From Anthoceros angustus (taxonomy: Eukaryota; Plantae; Anthocerotophyta), in assembly GCA_010909165.1 (NCBI GenBank), contig MU008161.1, positions 496,001 through 560,000 on the forward strand: a DNA stretch of 64,000 nucleotides. Direction: 5' to 3'. Each line of letters starts with the position of its first letter. Position 1 is the first letter of the stretch. The position numbers were made by a program, and so were the translations under genes. The notes under the pieces were generated by a model. The model saw only the letters and a list, made by a program, of their open reading frames with translations. It searched no databases and was not told where the DNA came from. Positions 52,501-63,099 of this stretch are shown piece after piece.

Positions 52501-55232
52501 TAGCAGGGTATTCCCAGCAGGGCATGGGCCAGGAAGCCCTTCATCTCTACAGTGCCATGCGAGAAGAAGGGATCGCTGTACCCGATTCTGTGACGTATGT
52601 GTGCCTCCTACAGGCATGTGCGAATTTGGGCAACCCAGCTCTGGAGAAGGGAAGGGAGCTTCATGCGCAAATTAGAGAACAAGGGCATCAAGCTGATGTT
52701 TCTGTAGCCAATTGCTTGGTGAACATGTACGCGAAGTGTGGCAGTTTAGAAGATGCGCAGAAAGTGTTTGACGAAATTGGTCAAAAAAATGTGGTGACGT
52801 GGAATGCCATGATAGCAGGGTATTCCCAGCATGGCATGGGCCTGGAAGCCCTGGATCTGTACAGTGCTATGCTAGAAGAAGGAATCACCACACCTGATTC
52901 TGTTTCATTGATGTGCCTCGTACAGGCATGTGCAAGTGTGGGCACCCCAGCTTTGGAGACGGGGAAGCAGCTTCATGCCCAAATTAGAGAACAAGGACAT
53001 CAAGCTGATGTATTTGTAGCCAGCAGTTTGGTGAACATGTATGCAAAGTGTGGCAGCTTGGAAGATGCTGGGAGAGTCTTTGACAGACTTGGTCCAAAAG
53101 ATGTGGTGACATGGAATGCTATGATTGCAGGGTATTCCCAGCAGGGCAAGGGCCAAAAAGTGTTTAGTCTCCACAGAGCTATGCAAGAAGAAGGAATCGC
53201 TGTACCAAATTCCGTGACATTTGTCTGCCTCCTACAGGCATGTGCGAATTTGGGCAACCCAGCTCTGGAGAAGGGAAGGGAGCTTCATGCGCAAATTAGA
53301 GAACAAGGGCATCAAGCTGATGTTTCTGTAGCCAATTGCTTGGTGAACATGTACGCGAAGTGTGGCAGTTTAGAAGATGCGCAGAAAGTGTTTGACGAAA
53401 TTGGTCAAAAAAATGTGGTGACGTGGAATGCCATGATAGCAGGGTATTCCCAGCATGGCATGGGCCTGGAAGCCCTGGATCTGTACAGTGCTATGCTAGA
53501 AGAAGGAATCACCACACCTGATTCTGTTTCATTGATGTGCCTCGTACAGGCATGTGCAAGTGTGGGCACCCCAGCTTTGGAGAAAGGGAAGCAGCTTCAT
53601 GCCAAAATAAGAGAACAAGGACTTCAAGCTGATTCATTTGTAGCTAGCAGTTTGGTGAACATGTATGCGAAGTGTGGCAGCTTGGAAGATGCCCAGAAAG
53701 TGTTTAACGGTCTTGGTCAGAAGGATGTTGTGACGTGGACTGCTCTAATTGCGGGGTATGCACAGCAGGGCATGGGCCAGGAAGCCCTTTCTCTCTACAG
53801 TGATATGCAAGACGATGGCTTGGCTGCACCCAATTCTGTGACGTATGTGTGCCTCCTGCAGGCGTGTGCAAGTGTGGTCAGCCCAGCTTTGGAGGTGGGG
53901 AAGCAGCTTCATGCCAAAATAAGAGAACAAGGACTTGAAGCTGATGTATTTATTGGTAACAGTCTAGTAAACATGTACTCTAAGTGTGGCAGCTTAGAAG
54001 ATGCCCGCAGAGCGTTTGATGGACTTGGTCAGAAGGATGTGGTGTCATGGAATGCCATGATCACAGGATATTCCCAGCAGGGTCTTGGCGAGGAAGCCCT
54101 TCATCTCTACAGTGCTATGCACGAAGAAGCCATCAGTATGCCTGATTCTGTGTCATTTGCATGCCTCTTGCAGGCATGTGCAACTATAGGCACCCGAGCT
54201 TTGGAGAAAGGGAAGCACCTTCATGCACAAATTAGAGAACAAGGACTTGAAGCTGATGCGTTTGTAAGCAGCAGTTTAGTGAACATGTATGCAAAGTGTG
54301 GGAGCTTGGAAGATGCCCAGAGGGTGTTTGAGGCACTTGGTCACAAAGGCCTGGTAACTTGGAACGCCATGATAGCAGGCTATTCCCAGGAGGGCATGGG
54401 TCTGGAAGCCCTTCGGCTGTACCGTGGTATGCAAGAAGAAGGCGTCGCGGCACCCGATTCCGTGACATTTGTGTGCCTCCTACAGGCATGCGCAAATGTG
54501 GCCGCTTTGTCCCTGGGACGGCAGCTACATGCACAGATTCAAGAACAAGGGCTTCAAGCTGATGTGTACGTCGCTGGCAGTTTGATAAACATGTACGCGA
54601 AGTGTGGGGACATGGTAAATGCACACCAGGTTTTTGCTGCTTTGGAAGCGAGAGACACTGTTATGTGGAATGCACTTATTGCTGGCTATACCTCTCAAGG
54701 AGACAGTGAAGCGGTCTTTGACTCACTCCGGAGAATGAGAGAGGACGACATAACCCCAGACGGCATCACATTCCTCAGTGTTTTAACAGTGTGCTGTCAT
54801 GCGGGTCTAGTGAACAAGGGCCGGGAATACTTCGAGTCTATGAGAAGACAACATGGCATCGCTCCCACTGAAGACCACTATACATGCATGGTGGATCTCC
54901 TGGGCCGTGCAGGAGAAGTACAAGAAGCACTAGCTTTCGCAACGACAATGCCTCTCCAGCCCACTCCCGCACTCTGGCACACTCTACTGGCTGCTTGTCA
55001 AAAATGGAGGAATGTGGAGGTCGGTGTTCATGCTTTCGACCAAGCCTTGAAGCTAGACAAGGAAGATGCTGCAGCATATGTTTTGATGTCGAACGTATAC
55101 ACCAATGCCCAGATGTGGGAACAGGCAGAGAGAATGCAGGCAAGGAGAAAACAAATAAGGGCATGGAAGCAGCCGGGTCAGAGCTGGTGGACCGACGAGG
55201 ATGGACTGGTGCATAGTTTCGTGGTTGGGTGA
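49567..55232 (+). CDS. Very long PLS-class PPR protein (~16-17 P-L-S triplets) with E domains and PG box but no DYW domain; RNA-editing-factor-like; four apparent 1-nt frameshifts (~50968, ~51230, ~51901, ~52027)
   Basis: Repeating 105-aa units VVTWNALIAGYSQQG / VTFVCLLQACA / VFVGSSLVNMYAKCGSLEDA; terminal HYTCMVDLLGRAG, WHTLLAAC, AAYVLMSNVY, KQPGQSWW..VHSFVVG then stop. Confidence 0.92.
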
Positions 55233-55445
55233 GCAGCAAGTTCTGTGCAAGTGGAACCATCTAGTCTAAAGCAAGTCGGTGGGGTATGGTGCTGGGACGA
55301 CGAGTCCGAAGACGTACCAGTGAAGTCATCCCAACCACACTGTAGAATTGGCAAGCAGCTCTTAGTCAGAGCGTTGCGGCAATCAGGGCATGCACAACTG
55401 TTGGACATTTTCTACATGTGCAAGGCAAGGAAATAAGCCAGTGTG

Positions 55446-56123
55446 ATGGCGGCAGTGCCGGTGAGGACGCTCTTCGACAGCTTCATTGAGGTGCACTATG
55501 GCTTCTTCTCTCTGCTGGCTAAAGGGGATGAGCACGGGGACCTCATCGACGCCAGAGTAGGGCAGGCAAACGGCTTGTGCGGCACCCGGGTGCCGCACCA
55601 GGTTTGGCTGGTCACAGGGCTGCACACGGGACCTGTCCCAGTCCGCGTGGAGTGGCTGCCAAAGGAGCCCCCCGAAGCGCCCAGTGAGTGGGAGGACGTG
55701 GTGGAGGCCTCTGTGGAGTTTCCCACCACCGAGACCTCGCTCATGGGCTTCGACTGGAACGGAGCCGTGGACATCAGTCTTCCTCATGCCGGGTGGCATC
55801 GGGCTCGCTTTTCGGTCTGTGGGATGGACCGTGGGCAGGAGTTGGACACCGCAGATGGCGACGAATTCGTCGCTCCCGATCGCTACCTGCTGCAGCTGTG
55901 GCTGGCCCCTGACGCACCTGACCGAGTGATCCGGCAGGGCAGTGAGATTGGTGCTTACTGGCACCGCGTCGCGCAGGGCTGGGATCGTGGAGAAAGTCGT
56001 GACGTCGGCAGAGAGGAGGAAGGGAGAGGAGACGAGGGGGGAGATGGGGAAGGGGAAGAGGGGGCAAAGGCGAAAGAGAGGAAAGGAGCGAAAGAGGGAG
56101 AAGAGGGGAAACAAAGGGACTAG
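55446..56123 (+). CDS. Intronless hypothetical protein resembling actinobacterial proteins (candidate horizontal transfer), with a low-complexity charged tail
   Basis: GQANGLCG, LVTGLHTGPVPVRVE, EPP...WEDVVEASV, HRARFSVCGMD, DRYLLQLWLAPDAPDRVIRQGSEIGAYWH; motif order recalled from Streptomyces/Micromonospora hypothetical proteins; GC-rich third codon positions. Confidence 0.7.
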   Translation: MAAVPVRTLFDSFIEVHYGFFSLLAKGDEHGDLIDARVGQANGLCGTRVPHQVWLVTGLHTGPVPVRVEWLPKEPPEAPSEWEDVVEASVEFPTTETSLMGFDWNGAVDISLPHAGWHRARFSVCGMDRGQELDTADGDEFVAPDRYLLQLWLAPDAPDRVIRQGSEIGAYWHRVAQGWDRGESRDVGREEEGRGDEGGDGEGEEGAKAKERKGAKEGEEGKQRD

Positions 56124-56174
56124 GAGGAAGGGGAGAAAAGCGAAAGGAGAGAAGAGAGGCACGAGGGGACGAGA

Positions 56175-56360
56175 GGCTTGTCCAGATTCAGCATGCCATT
56201 GCTCATCCAAGACACCACATGTAGTTCATATACAGAAACCTGAACTATTGCTCGCTTGTCCACATTCAGCATATGCCATTCCTCAATCAAGACAATGTAT
56301 GTAGTTCTTATACAGAAACCTGAACTATTGCCCGCTTGTCCACATTCAGCATGCCATTCC
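56175..56360. repeat. ~80-bp tandem repeat, about 2.3 copies, following a purine-rich tract
   Basis: GCTTGTCCACATTCAGCAT...ATGTAGTTC.TATACAGAAACCTGAACTATTGC units. Confidence 0.8.
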
Positions 56361-56689
56361 CCAACAAAGAGTTGTTTCTGCGCTTTGTCCTCCACCTCCC
56401 TGCTAGGTGATGCTAAGCACCTTGCGAACGAGCTTTGAGGGAGGCAATAACAACAATAAGCTCCAGAATAACAAAGCAAGACGAGGCAACTGAAAGAAAA
56501 ACTAAGCGAGCAAAGAAAGCATCCCCTGCATTTCTTCGTCAGACACTTCACCTATTGAGGCACTGGTTCGTGACCATGACAAGTAAAACGAGGAAGTTCA
56601 GTGCTCTACTCTACCAACGGAGCTACTGTCTGAGCGAGCTCTCGGTGGTTGTTCTTGCGTGGCCGATAGGTACAACAACGGCTTACCAT

Positions 56690-57226
56690 TCACGCAGCGG
56701 GTTCTTGAGGTTGACAGCCCAGAGTGAGCCGACAAACGCGCCACTGAGGCAACACACTGGCTCCCATGGCCTGGTAGAATTTGATGGCATTTACGTTCCA
56801 GTCGAGAATGCACCAGTCCAGGCTGCTGGCCCCCTGCGTGGCTGCGTGGTGTGCCACAGTGCGCAGGAGCTCGGTGCCCAGGCCCTTCTTCCGGTGCGCC
56901 TCCCGCACGTACAGGTCCTCTATGAAGAAGCCACGCTTTCCCGAGAAGCTAGAGAAGTTGGGGAAGAAGAGAATGTAGCCTGCCACCACGCGATCCGGGT
57001 AGAGCGGTGAGCGGAACGAGTCCTCAGACTCCGGGTCATCGCTCACCTCCAGTAGCAATGCCGTGGGACCCTGGAAGGGAGGCAGCTTGAACAAAGCCTC
57101 CTCCATCTCCTCATCTTTCAGCAAGCATTCCTCGGTCATTTTCACATACACGGCGAACTCCCGAACTAGGCTACAAATGACGTTCACGTCTTGCTTCGTT
57201 GCAAGCCGGACTTGGGGCTCTGCCAT
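56690..57226 (-). CDS. GNAT N-acetyltransferase (SSAT/NATA1/tyramine feruloyltransferase-like), intronless
   Basis: VRLATKQDV, PPFQGPT, AGYILFFPNFSSFSGKRGFFIEDLYVREAHRKKGLGTELL, WCILDWNVNAIKFYQAMGA, WRVCRL. Confidence 0.93.
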   Translation of the reverse strand: MAEPQVRLATKQDVNVICSLVREFAVYVKMTEECLLKDEEMEEALFKLPPFQGPTALLLEVSDDPESEDSFRSPLYPDRVVAGYILFFPNFSSFSGKRGFFIEDLYVREAHRKKGLGTELLRTVAHHAATQGASSLDWCILDWNVNAIKFYQAMGASVLPQWRVCRLTLGCQPQEPAA

Positions 57227-57552
57227 TGCAGCCTGCGGAGGAGGAGGAATGCGGGTTCTGGACTGTGGGATTTCTCGTTTCCATAAATTATGACAAGAAA
57301 ATTACTTCTTTATTCAGGCTCGCGTCCAAATGTAGGACACCAACACCTCTCTCCTCACACTTGCCTGCTTCTTCGGACTACACTCTCAACGACATTGTGT
57401 CTGGCACTCGACATGGAGTGCAAAAAATTGTGACGCAAAACTTTCTCCGTCTGTCAGCTCCAATGAGGCAGCCAGGGGCGCGGTTGCTCCTACGGAACCT
57501 GACACGGCACTGCATGACTTAGGACTGGTCATGGAACTCGGAACTGTGTAAT

Positions 57553-59555
57553 CTACAAGGTCAGATCCTTAGGGTCCTCAATGATGCCCGCCAATGTTTG
57601 CAAGAAAGCTGCTAACTCGGCACCGTAGATGATTCGGTGGTCTGCTGTTACGTTCACCTGCAACCTCTGTTGAGTTAGTAAGCTCGCCTAAGAAAAGTAC
57701 GATGCTTGCAACAAGTTTTGGAGGACAAGCAGATGCAGGGTTTTGGGCTTTGTCATCACCTGCATCTGGCTCTTTACACCGAAAAGGCCTCCAGGAGCTG
57801 CCACCACTGTTGGTCGAGACGCGCCGACGGCCATAATCGCACCCTGTAACAAGCAAGCCCGGTTAGGGATATCCTGCTACAACCAACAGCAATAAGTGAG
57901 CTAGGGTGCGCCACAGTTGGAGGTACTCACGGCACCCGGCGGAAGAATAGCATCAAATCTGTCTACACCAAACATCCCCAGATTCGACAGAAAGAAAGTC
58001 CCTGCGGGCCAAGACACAGACACAGGCAGCATCAGCTTCATGTCATGGCTATGAACTGGAAGCATGACAGGTAAAGGCATGCCTAATCTCGTACCAGAGT
58101 TGTATTCTTGAGGCTGCAGCTGCTTAGCACGGGCCTTGTCCACCAGCTCTTTCCACTTGCGGGACAGAGAGTAGATATCGATCTGCAGTTGCGTCACATC
58201 CACTGTTCAGGCTACGAAGGGAGCAGCGATAGACATCTTCCTCGCCAAGTGCTCCACCATGCGGGACCAGATTCAGAGTTCAAGTTACCTTGTCCGCATC
58301 CTGAAGAACTGGTGTCAAAAGGCCTCCATCCATGGCCACAGCCACAGCAACATTAATGTTGCTGTTGTATGTGAAGCTCTTACCATCCTTGCAACTGGCA
58401 TTCACCACCGGGTGCTTGGCCAGGGCCAGGGCAGTGGCCTTGGCCAAGAGAGCGGTCATGGTGACACCCTTGGACTTGATCTGCTCACATGCAGAAAAAC
58501 GAAAGCCCGTCACTCCATGTGCGGTTCAGAGCTAGCAAAGTCAGACAGCAAACTGGTGGTATACTCACCTTCTTGTACAAGGCGTCCAAGGCGTCCGTCT
58601 GAATGGTGTACCCGACTCGGAAAACAGGGACTGCTAAACTGTCCACCATGTTCCGGCTCACAGCACCTTGCATGGCGGTAAACGGTACAGTGGTGCCTGG
58701 AACCACGGCGGCCGCGGCGGGAGCGGGAGCAGGTGCGGACTTGACAGCAGCAGCAGGAACAGGCGCAGCCGGAGCCGCAGCCGGGGTAACCAGAGCAGCA
58801 ACCGGAGACGTCTCAGCGGACGGCGTCCTCCCTGCCGCAATCTCCACATCCGAGGCCACAATTCTTCCCAACGGGCCGGAGCCGGCCACAGTCGCCAAAT
58901 CCACCTTGAACTGCTTGGCCAGCTTTTTGGCATACGGCGTGGCAACGATTCTCCTCCCGCCCTCGGCCGCGGGGTGCGCGGACACCACCACGGGCGCGGC
59001 AGGCGCAGCAGCAGACGCGGCGGGGGGAGGCGGGGGCGGGGCCACAGCCTCCTCCTTCACCGCCGGAGCGGGAGCAGCAGCAGCAGCAGCAGCGGCAGGG
59101 GCAGAGGATTTGGCACCCTTGGCCTTGGCCTCTGCAATCTCCTCCTCGCTCTCGGCCAGCAATCCTATGGCCGTGCCGACGGCGGCCACCTCGCCCTCCC
59201 CGACCACAATGGCAGCCAGGTAGCCGTCGTAGAACGTCTCTACGTCCATGTCCGCCTTGTCGGACTCCACCACCACCACGCTCTCGCCCTTGCTCAGCTT
59301 CTCGCCCTCCGACTTCACCCAGGACACGATCTTGCCCTCCGTCATGGTGCTGCTCAGCGCAGGCATGAAAATCTCGCGGATCTTGGACTCCACCACCAGC
59401 GCCGAGCTCCTGCGGCTGGCCCTCCGGACAGGCACCACGGCTGCATGCCCCGGCCTGAGGCCGAGGAAGGGAGACTGCGCAGACGCGCCAGCCGCGCTAG
59501 CCGCGCCGGCATTGCTGCCTGCCAGGGCCTGCATGCAACCGAGCGAGGCCGCCAT
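57553..59555 (-). CDS. LTA2: Plastid pyruvate dehydrogenase E2 (dihydrolipoamide acetyltransferase), multi-exon
   Basis: Transit peptide; lipoyl domain IREIFMPALSSTMTEGKIVSW...ESDKADMDVE; VATPYAKKLAK; NIAVAV-type motif DGGLLTPVL; GTFFLSNLGMFGVDRFDAILPPG; DHRIIYGA; stop at 57553. Confidence 0.95.
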
Positions 59556-60076
59556 GGCGAGCTGTGCAAGCGAGCAAGCGAGCTGCCGAGCGGCCGAGCT
59601 GCCGGGCAGGCGAGCGAGCGAGGAGCTGGTTGGCAGGAGACGCGTACCAGCCCCTCACATAAATGCTGCCTCCGCTCTGCTACCTCCGCCTACTCAATCG
59701 GGTCGGGCAGGTAAGTGAGCTCTCCTGCCAATAAGGAAAACAGGCCTTGGGCCCGCCGTCACTCGCATCGTTGTTTCAACCCCTGCATTTTTCGATTCGG
59801 ATCACCACCAATTTCTGACGCCTGGCGCCTGCCTCCTTGGCACTCTGCACCTCGGATGGCCAATTCAACGGAACCGTAACTAGACCTACGATTTGCGTTA
59901 CCGTTTTCGTTATCCGACATAGAATGCTCCAAACAGAAGAATCTAGGGTGGACTACACTTCGTCGTCCCCGGACACAATCATATATTACACAATAGGTAC
60001 CACAATAAATTATGTTCCACACCAACTTCATAGTATCACAAGACTATAGATGAGCTTCAATTCCTCATAGCTTTTA

Positions 60077-61744
60077 TCAATACTGACCGGTATTCCACAA
60101 CCAGCCCACTGTCTTCTCGGCTTCCATGGAGCCATGATCTCTAGCTATTTTGAACCTGCAACGTCGGGCTTCAGGTCAGATCCATACGCAACTCTATCTA
60201 CAATACACACGCCTTAACTTCCATTGGTGATTGAGATTAACCCACCATTTCACAGCTTCAGAGTTGTCGGCACCATCTATGCCTTCTCCGTCCAAGTACA
60301 TGTAGCCCAGCATCATCTGCACGAGTCACCGGTTAGGACCAGAGACACGAGTCGCTGACCAGCCAGTGTTAATGAAAGCTTACGCTGAAGGAAACGGAGA
60401 TAAACGTACCGCAGCCGCCCCACATATCGAGGCATCAGGCTCATCTTCATGCTTGGCAGCCCTCTGCAACCACTTCAGCGCCTCTTGACAGTCACGCTGC
60501 CAGACATATGACCCACGGTAGTAGCTCTCACCCAGCTTGTATTGGCTTGCCTGTGCGAGAAGGAAAAAAACATTTAGAGGAGAGTTTCTTCCCCAAAAAT
60601 AATGGGTAATGTTGTCCCGGAGGAGCACATTTCTGCTGCTATGTACAAGGATTGAGACTTCACACAAGCACCTGGTGGCCCTTTCTAGCAGCCTGCTTGT
60701 ACCATGTGAGGGCTTTTCCCTTCTCTCCACATATCTCCAGCTCTTGCGCAACAAGGACGATGGCACCCAGATTTCCTGCGTCAGCAGCACACTGGAGAAC
60801 AAAGGGGATTCGTTGCTCTGTCTTGGATAGGCTCGCGTGGGCACGAGGTGGAGCTTTCATATGGCTTGCCAGAGACCGATACCGGATAGTAAGTGAACGA
60901 AGAGTGATCTGCACAGCAGCAGATGCTTGGCAGCTTGAGACTAGACCATGGCTTGCCGCCAAAGCTCCTCATGCCTCGAAAATAAAAGTCTCACAACCGT
61001 GACAATCCATCCAGAAGCTGATGTTACCTGATCCTCACCAATGAGCAGCTTCCAGTGACGACAAACCGCAGCACATGAGCTCAGATCTGTGAAGGATAAA
61101 AAGGCAAAGATGTTCTGCAGTAATCCTCCTGGAAGGCAGTCCATGCCGGAAAGACCAAACTCCTCCTCCATTAACTCAGTGCCTACGGCACTTCCTGTGG
61201 CTTCCAGCTTCAGCCTCTTCGAGTCCGTGAAATCTGCAGATTCTGGCAGGGACACTGGCACCGCATCTGTTGCCAGGGTTTCGTGCAACTGCAAGTTCTC
61301 CTGCACATGCTCTTGAAAGGCGTGCTCTTCACAAAATCCATCCTCATGCAATCCTTGTCCTCTAAAAGATTGAAGCACATTCTCAGCCTCCTCTAGCTTG
61401 GGCTCAATCACACGGTCTCCAGCATCCCCCACTGCTTGGAAATTATTCGCTACATCAGCAACCTGGGCAGCATTCGATTCCCGCAGCTTCCTTTGGAAGT
61501 TCAAAACAGTCCTGGGACTGATCTTGAGACCACCCCTGCCTACGAGCCTCGGGCCGGAATGCTTCCTCCCCTGCTGGTTCTCAGGTTTACCGGTCTCACA
61601 TTTCTTTACAGTAAGCACTTTGTGCTGATACTTTGGGCGAACAACACAGCAAAACCCCACGCAGGCGGCCTTGCTCCCTTGATCTACATGAGACGTCTTG
61701 CCCACTCCTGCAGCGGCAACGTTCGAGGTCACAAAGCGCCTCAC
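60077..61744 (-). CDS. F-box protein with Sel1-like repeats; 5' end uncertain, may extend to ~62500
   Basis: F-box LPGGLLQNIFAFLSFTDLSSCAAVCRHW; Sel1 repeats KALTWYKQAARKGH, SQYKLGESYYRG, EALKWLQRAA, LGYMYLDGEG, EAVKWFKIARDHG; TGA at 60077-60079. Confidence 0.8.
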
Positions 61745-63099
61745 GATTAAAAAAAAAACACCAAGACAATGGCAGAAGACTCCTTACCGTGCCTAACACG
61801 AGCACCACCGGAAGTTACAGGCCATCGTTTTCTCTCTACACTCACTTCCTCCAAACATGCCCCGTGCTTAAAAGTGTCAATCCGGAAGCTAACCTTCCCG
61901 ACCGGAGATCGAACCGTGACATCCCGGGATTCACACGAAGAATCGCTCACCAAAACCTTGCACACCGCACTCCCACACCCCGAGGCTGCTGACTGCGACA
62001 AAGCATAGTCGGACACGACGAGCGCGTCACCCCGCACATCCGGAACCCCAGCCATCTCTGCTGCTCTTTCATTCACCTGCAAGCGCGGGAACCAATTTCA
62101 GTCCCCGCGCTGCGCAGATCTGTTGTCTGCGCCGGTTTCCAGCATCCCACTCGAAATTCCAGCGCAAAAAACGGACTCACATGCAGCTGAAGATGCGCCA
62201 TCCAAAAAAGAGTGGAGGAAGAGCCCCCGATGTGGCGAAACGCCATGCTGAAAAGCGGCGCTCCAGGAGTGCCTTCGATCATGTCCAGTACCCATGCCCC
62301 CATGGCTTGCGTCATCCAAGCCTGTCCATGCTCCGCAGCGCAGCCCCATTCCACCTGCTGCGGCACCTGCAGCTTCAGGAGCGGCTGGTGAGGTGCCGCA
62401 GGTATCAGAGTGGCCCGCATGGCGTCCAAAGGCGCAAAATCATAGCCACCGCTGTTGTTGTAGCCCTCCCGCACGCTCAATTCCACACACCATTGCACAC
62501 CATGGAGTCCGCTTCACAGCAGACAGGCAAACACGATCCGCGGGCGCCAGGCCCTACCACTTCACCCGGCTCCCAGTAGGGAGCCCAAATGCGACTGATG
62601 CCACAGCCCACTCTCTCACAGCACACCGGGCTCGGCCGTGCTGAGATAGCGTGTGCTCCATTGCATCATCCAGACGGGCACGATTAACAATCGAAAGAGA
62701 AAATACTTAACATGTAGACACTGATGAGTAGGTACGACGGGCCTAAAGGCATAAAGAATCGTTCGACGACAAGGATGCGCGTAACGTCACTACCTACGTA
62801 CGAAGGGCAGAGTCTGAAAATTGCCCTTGCGAACCAAAATTGTCCATGCTTTCGGTTTCATATCCGTCGTTTGCACAAAGACATGCGACGCAGCCGTTGC
62901 TGCTGGACCCGATTCACTGAAGGAAGAACACCCACGGGCCGATGGCCAACGGATAAGACACAAGAGGCTCTGAACCGCGGGTTTCGACGACGAGCACCTC
63001 GGACCTACATGTCATTGTGGACAAAAAGCTTTAGATGCGGAGGGCAAGGGCAAACAACCATCTGCTAGCTTCGAAGGGGTTGCGGAGGAGGGCCTTACA

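Noticed and set aside
55233-55440. Cryptic DYW domain after the PPR stop
   Set aside because: No HSE/HAE, CxxCH or DYW/DRH/GRP-like ending seen in the forward frames
55383-56210. 275-aa minus-strand ORF overlapping the bacterial-like gene
   Set aside because: Low-complexity Phe/Pro/Leu start derived from the purine tract; the plus-strand frame carries the recognisable motifs
58603-59718. Long plus-strand ORFs (348, 206, 156 aa)
   Set aside because: Antisense shadows of GC-rich LTA2 exon 1
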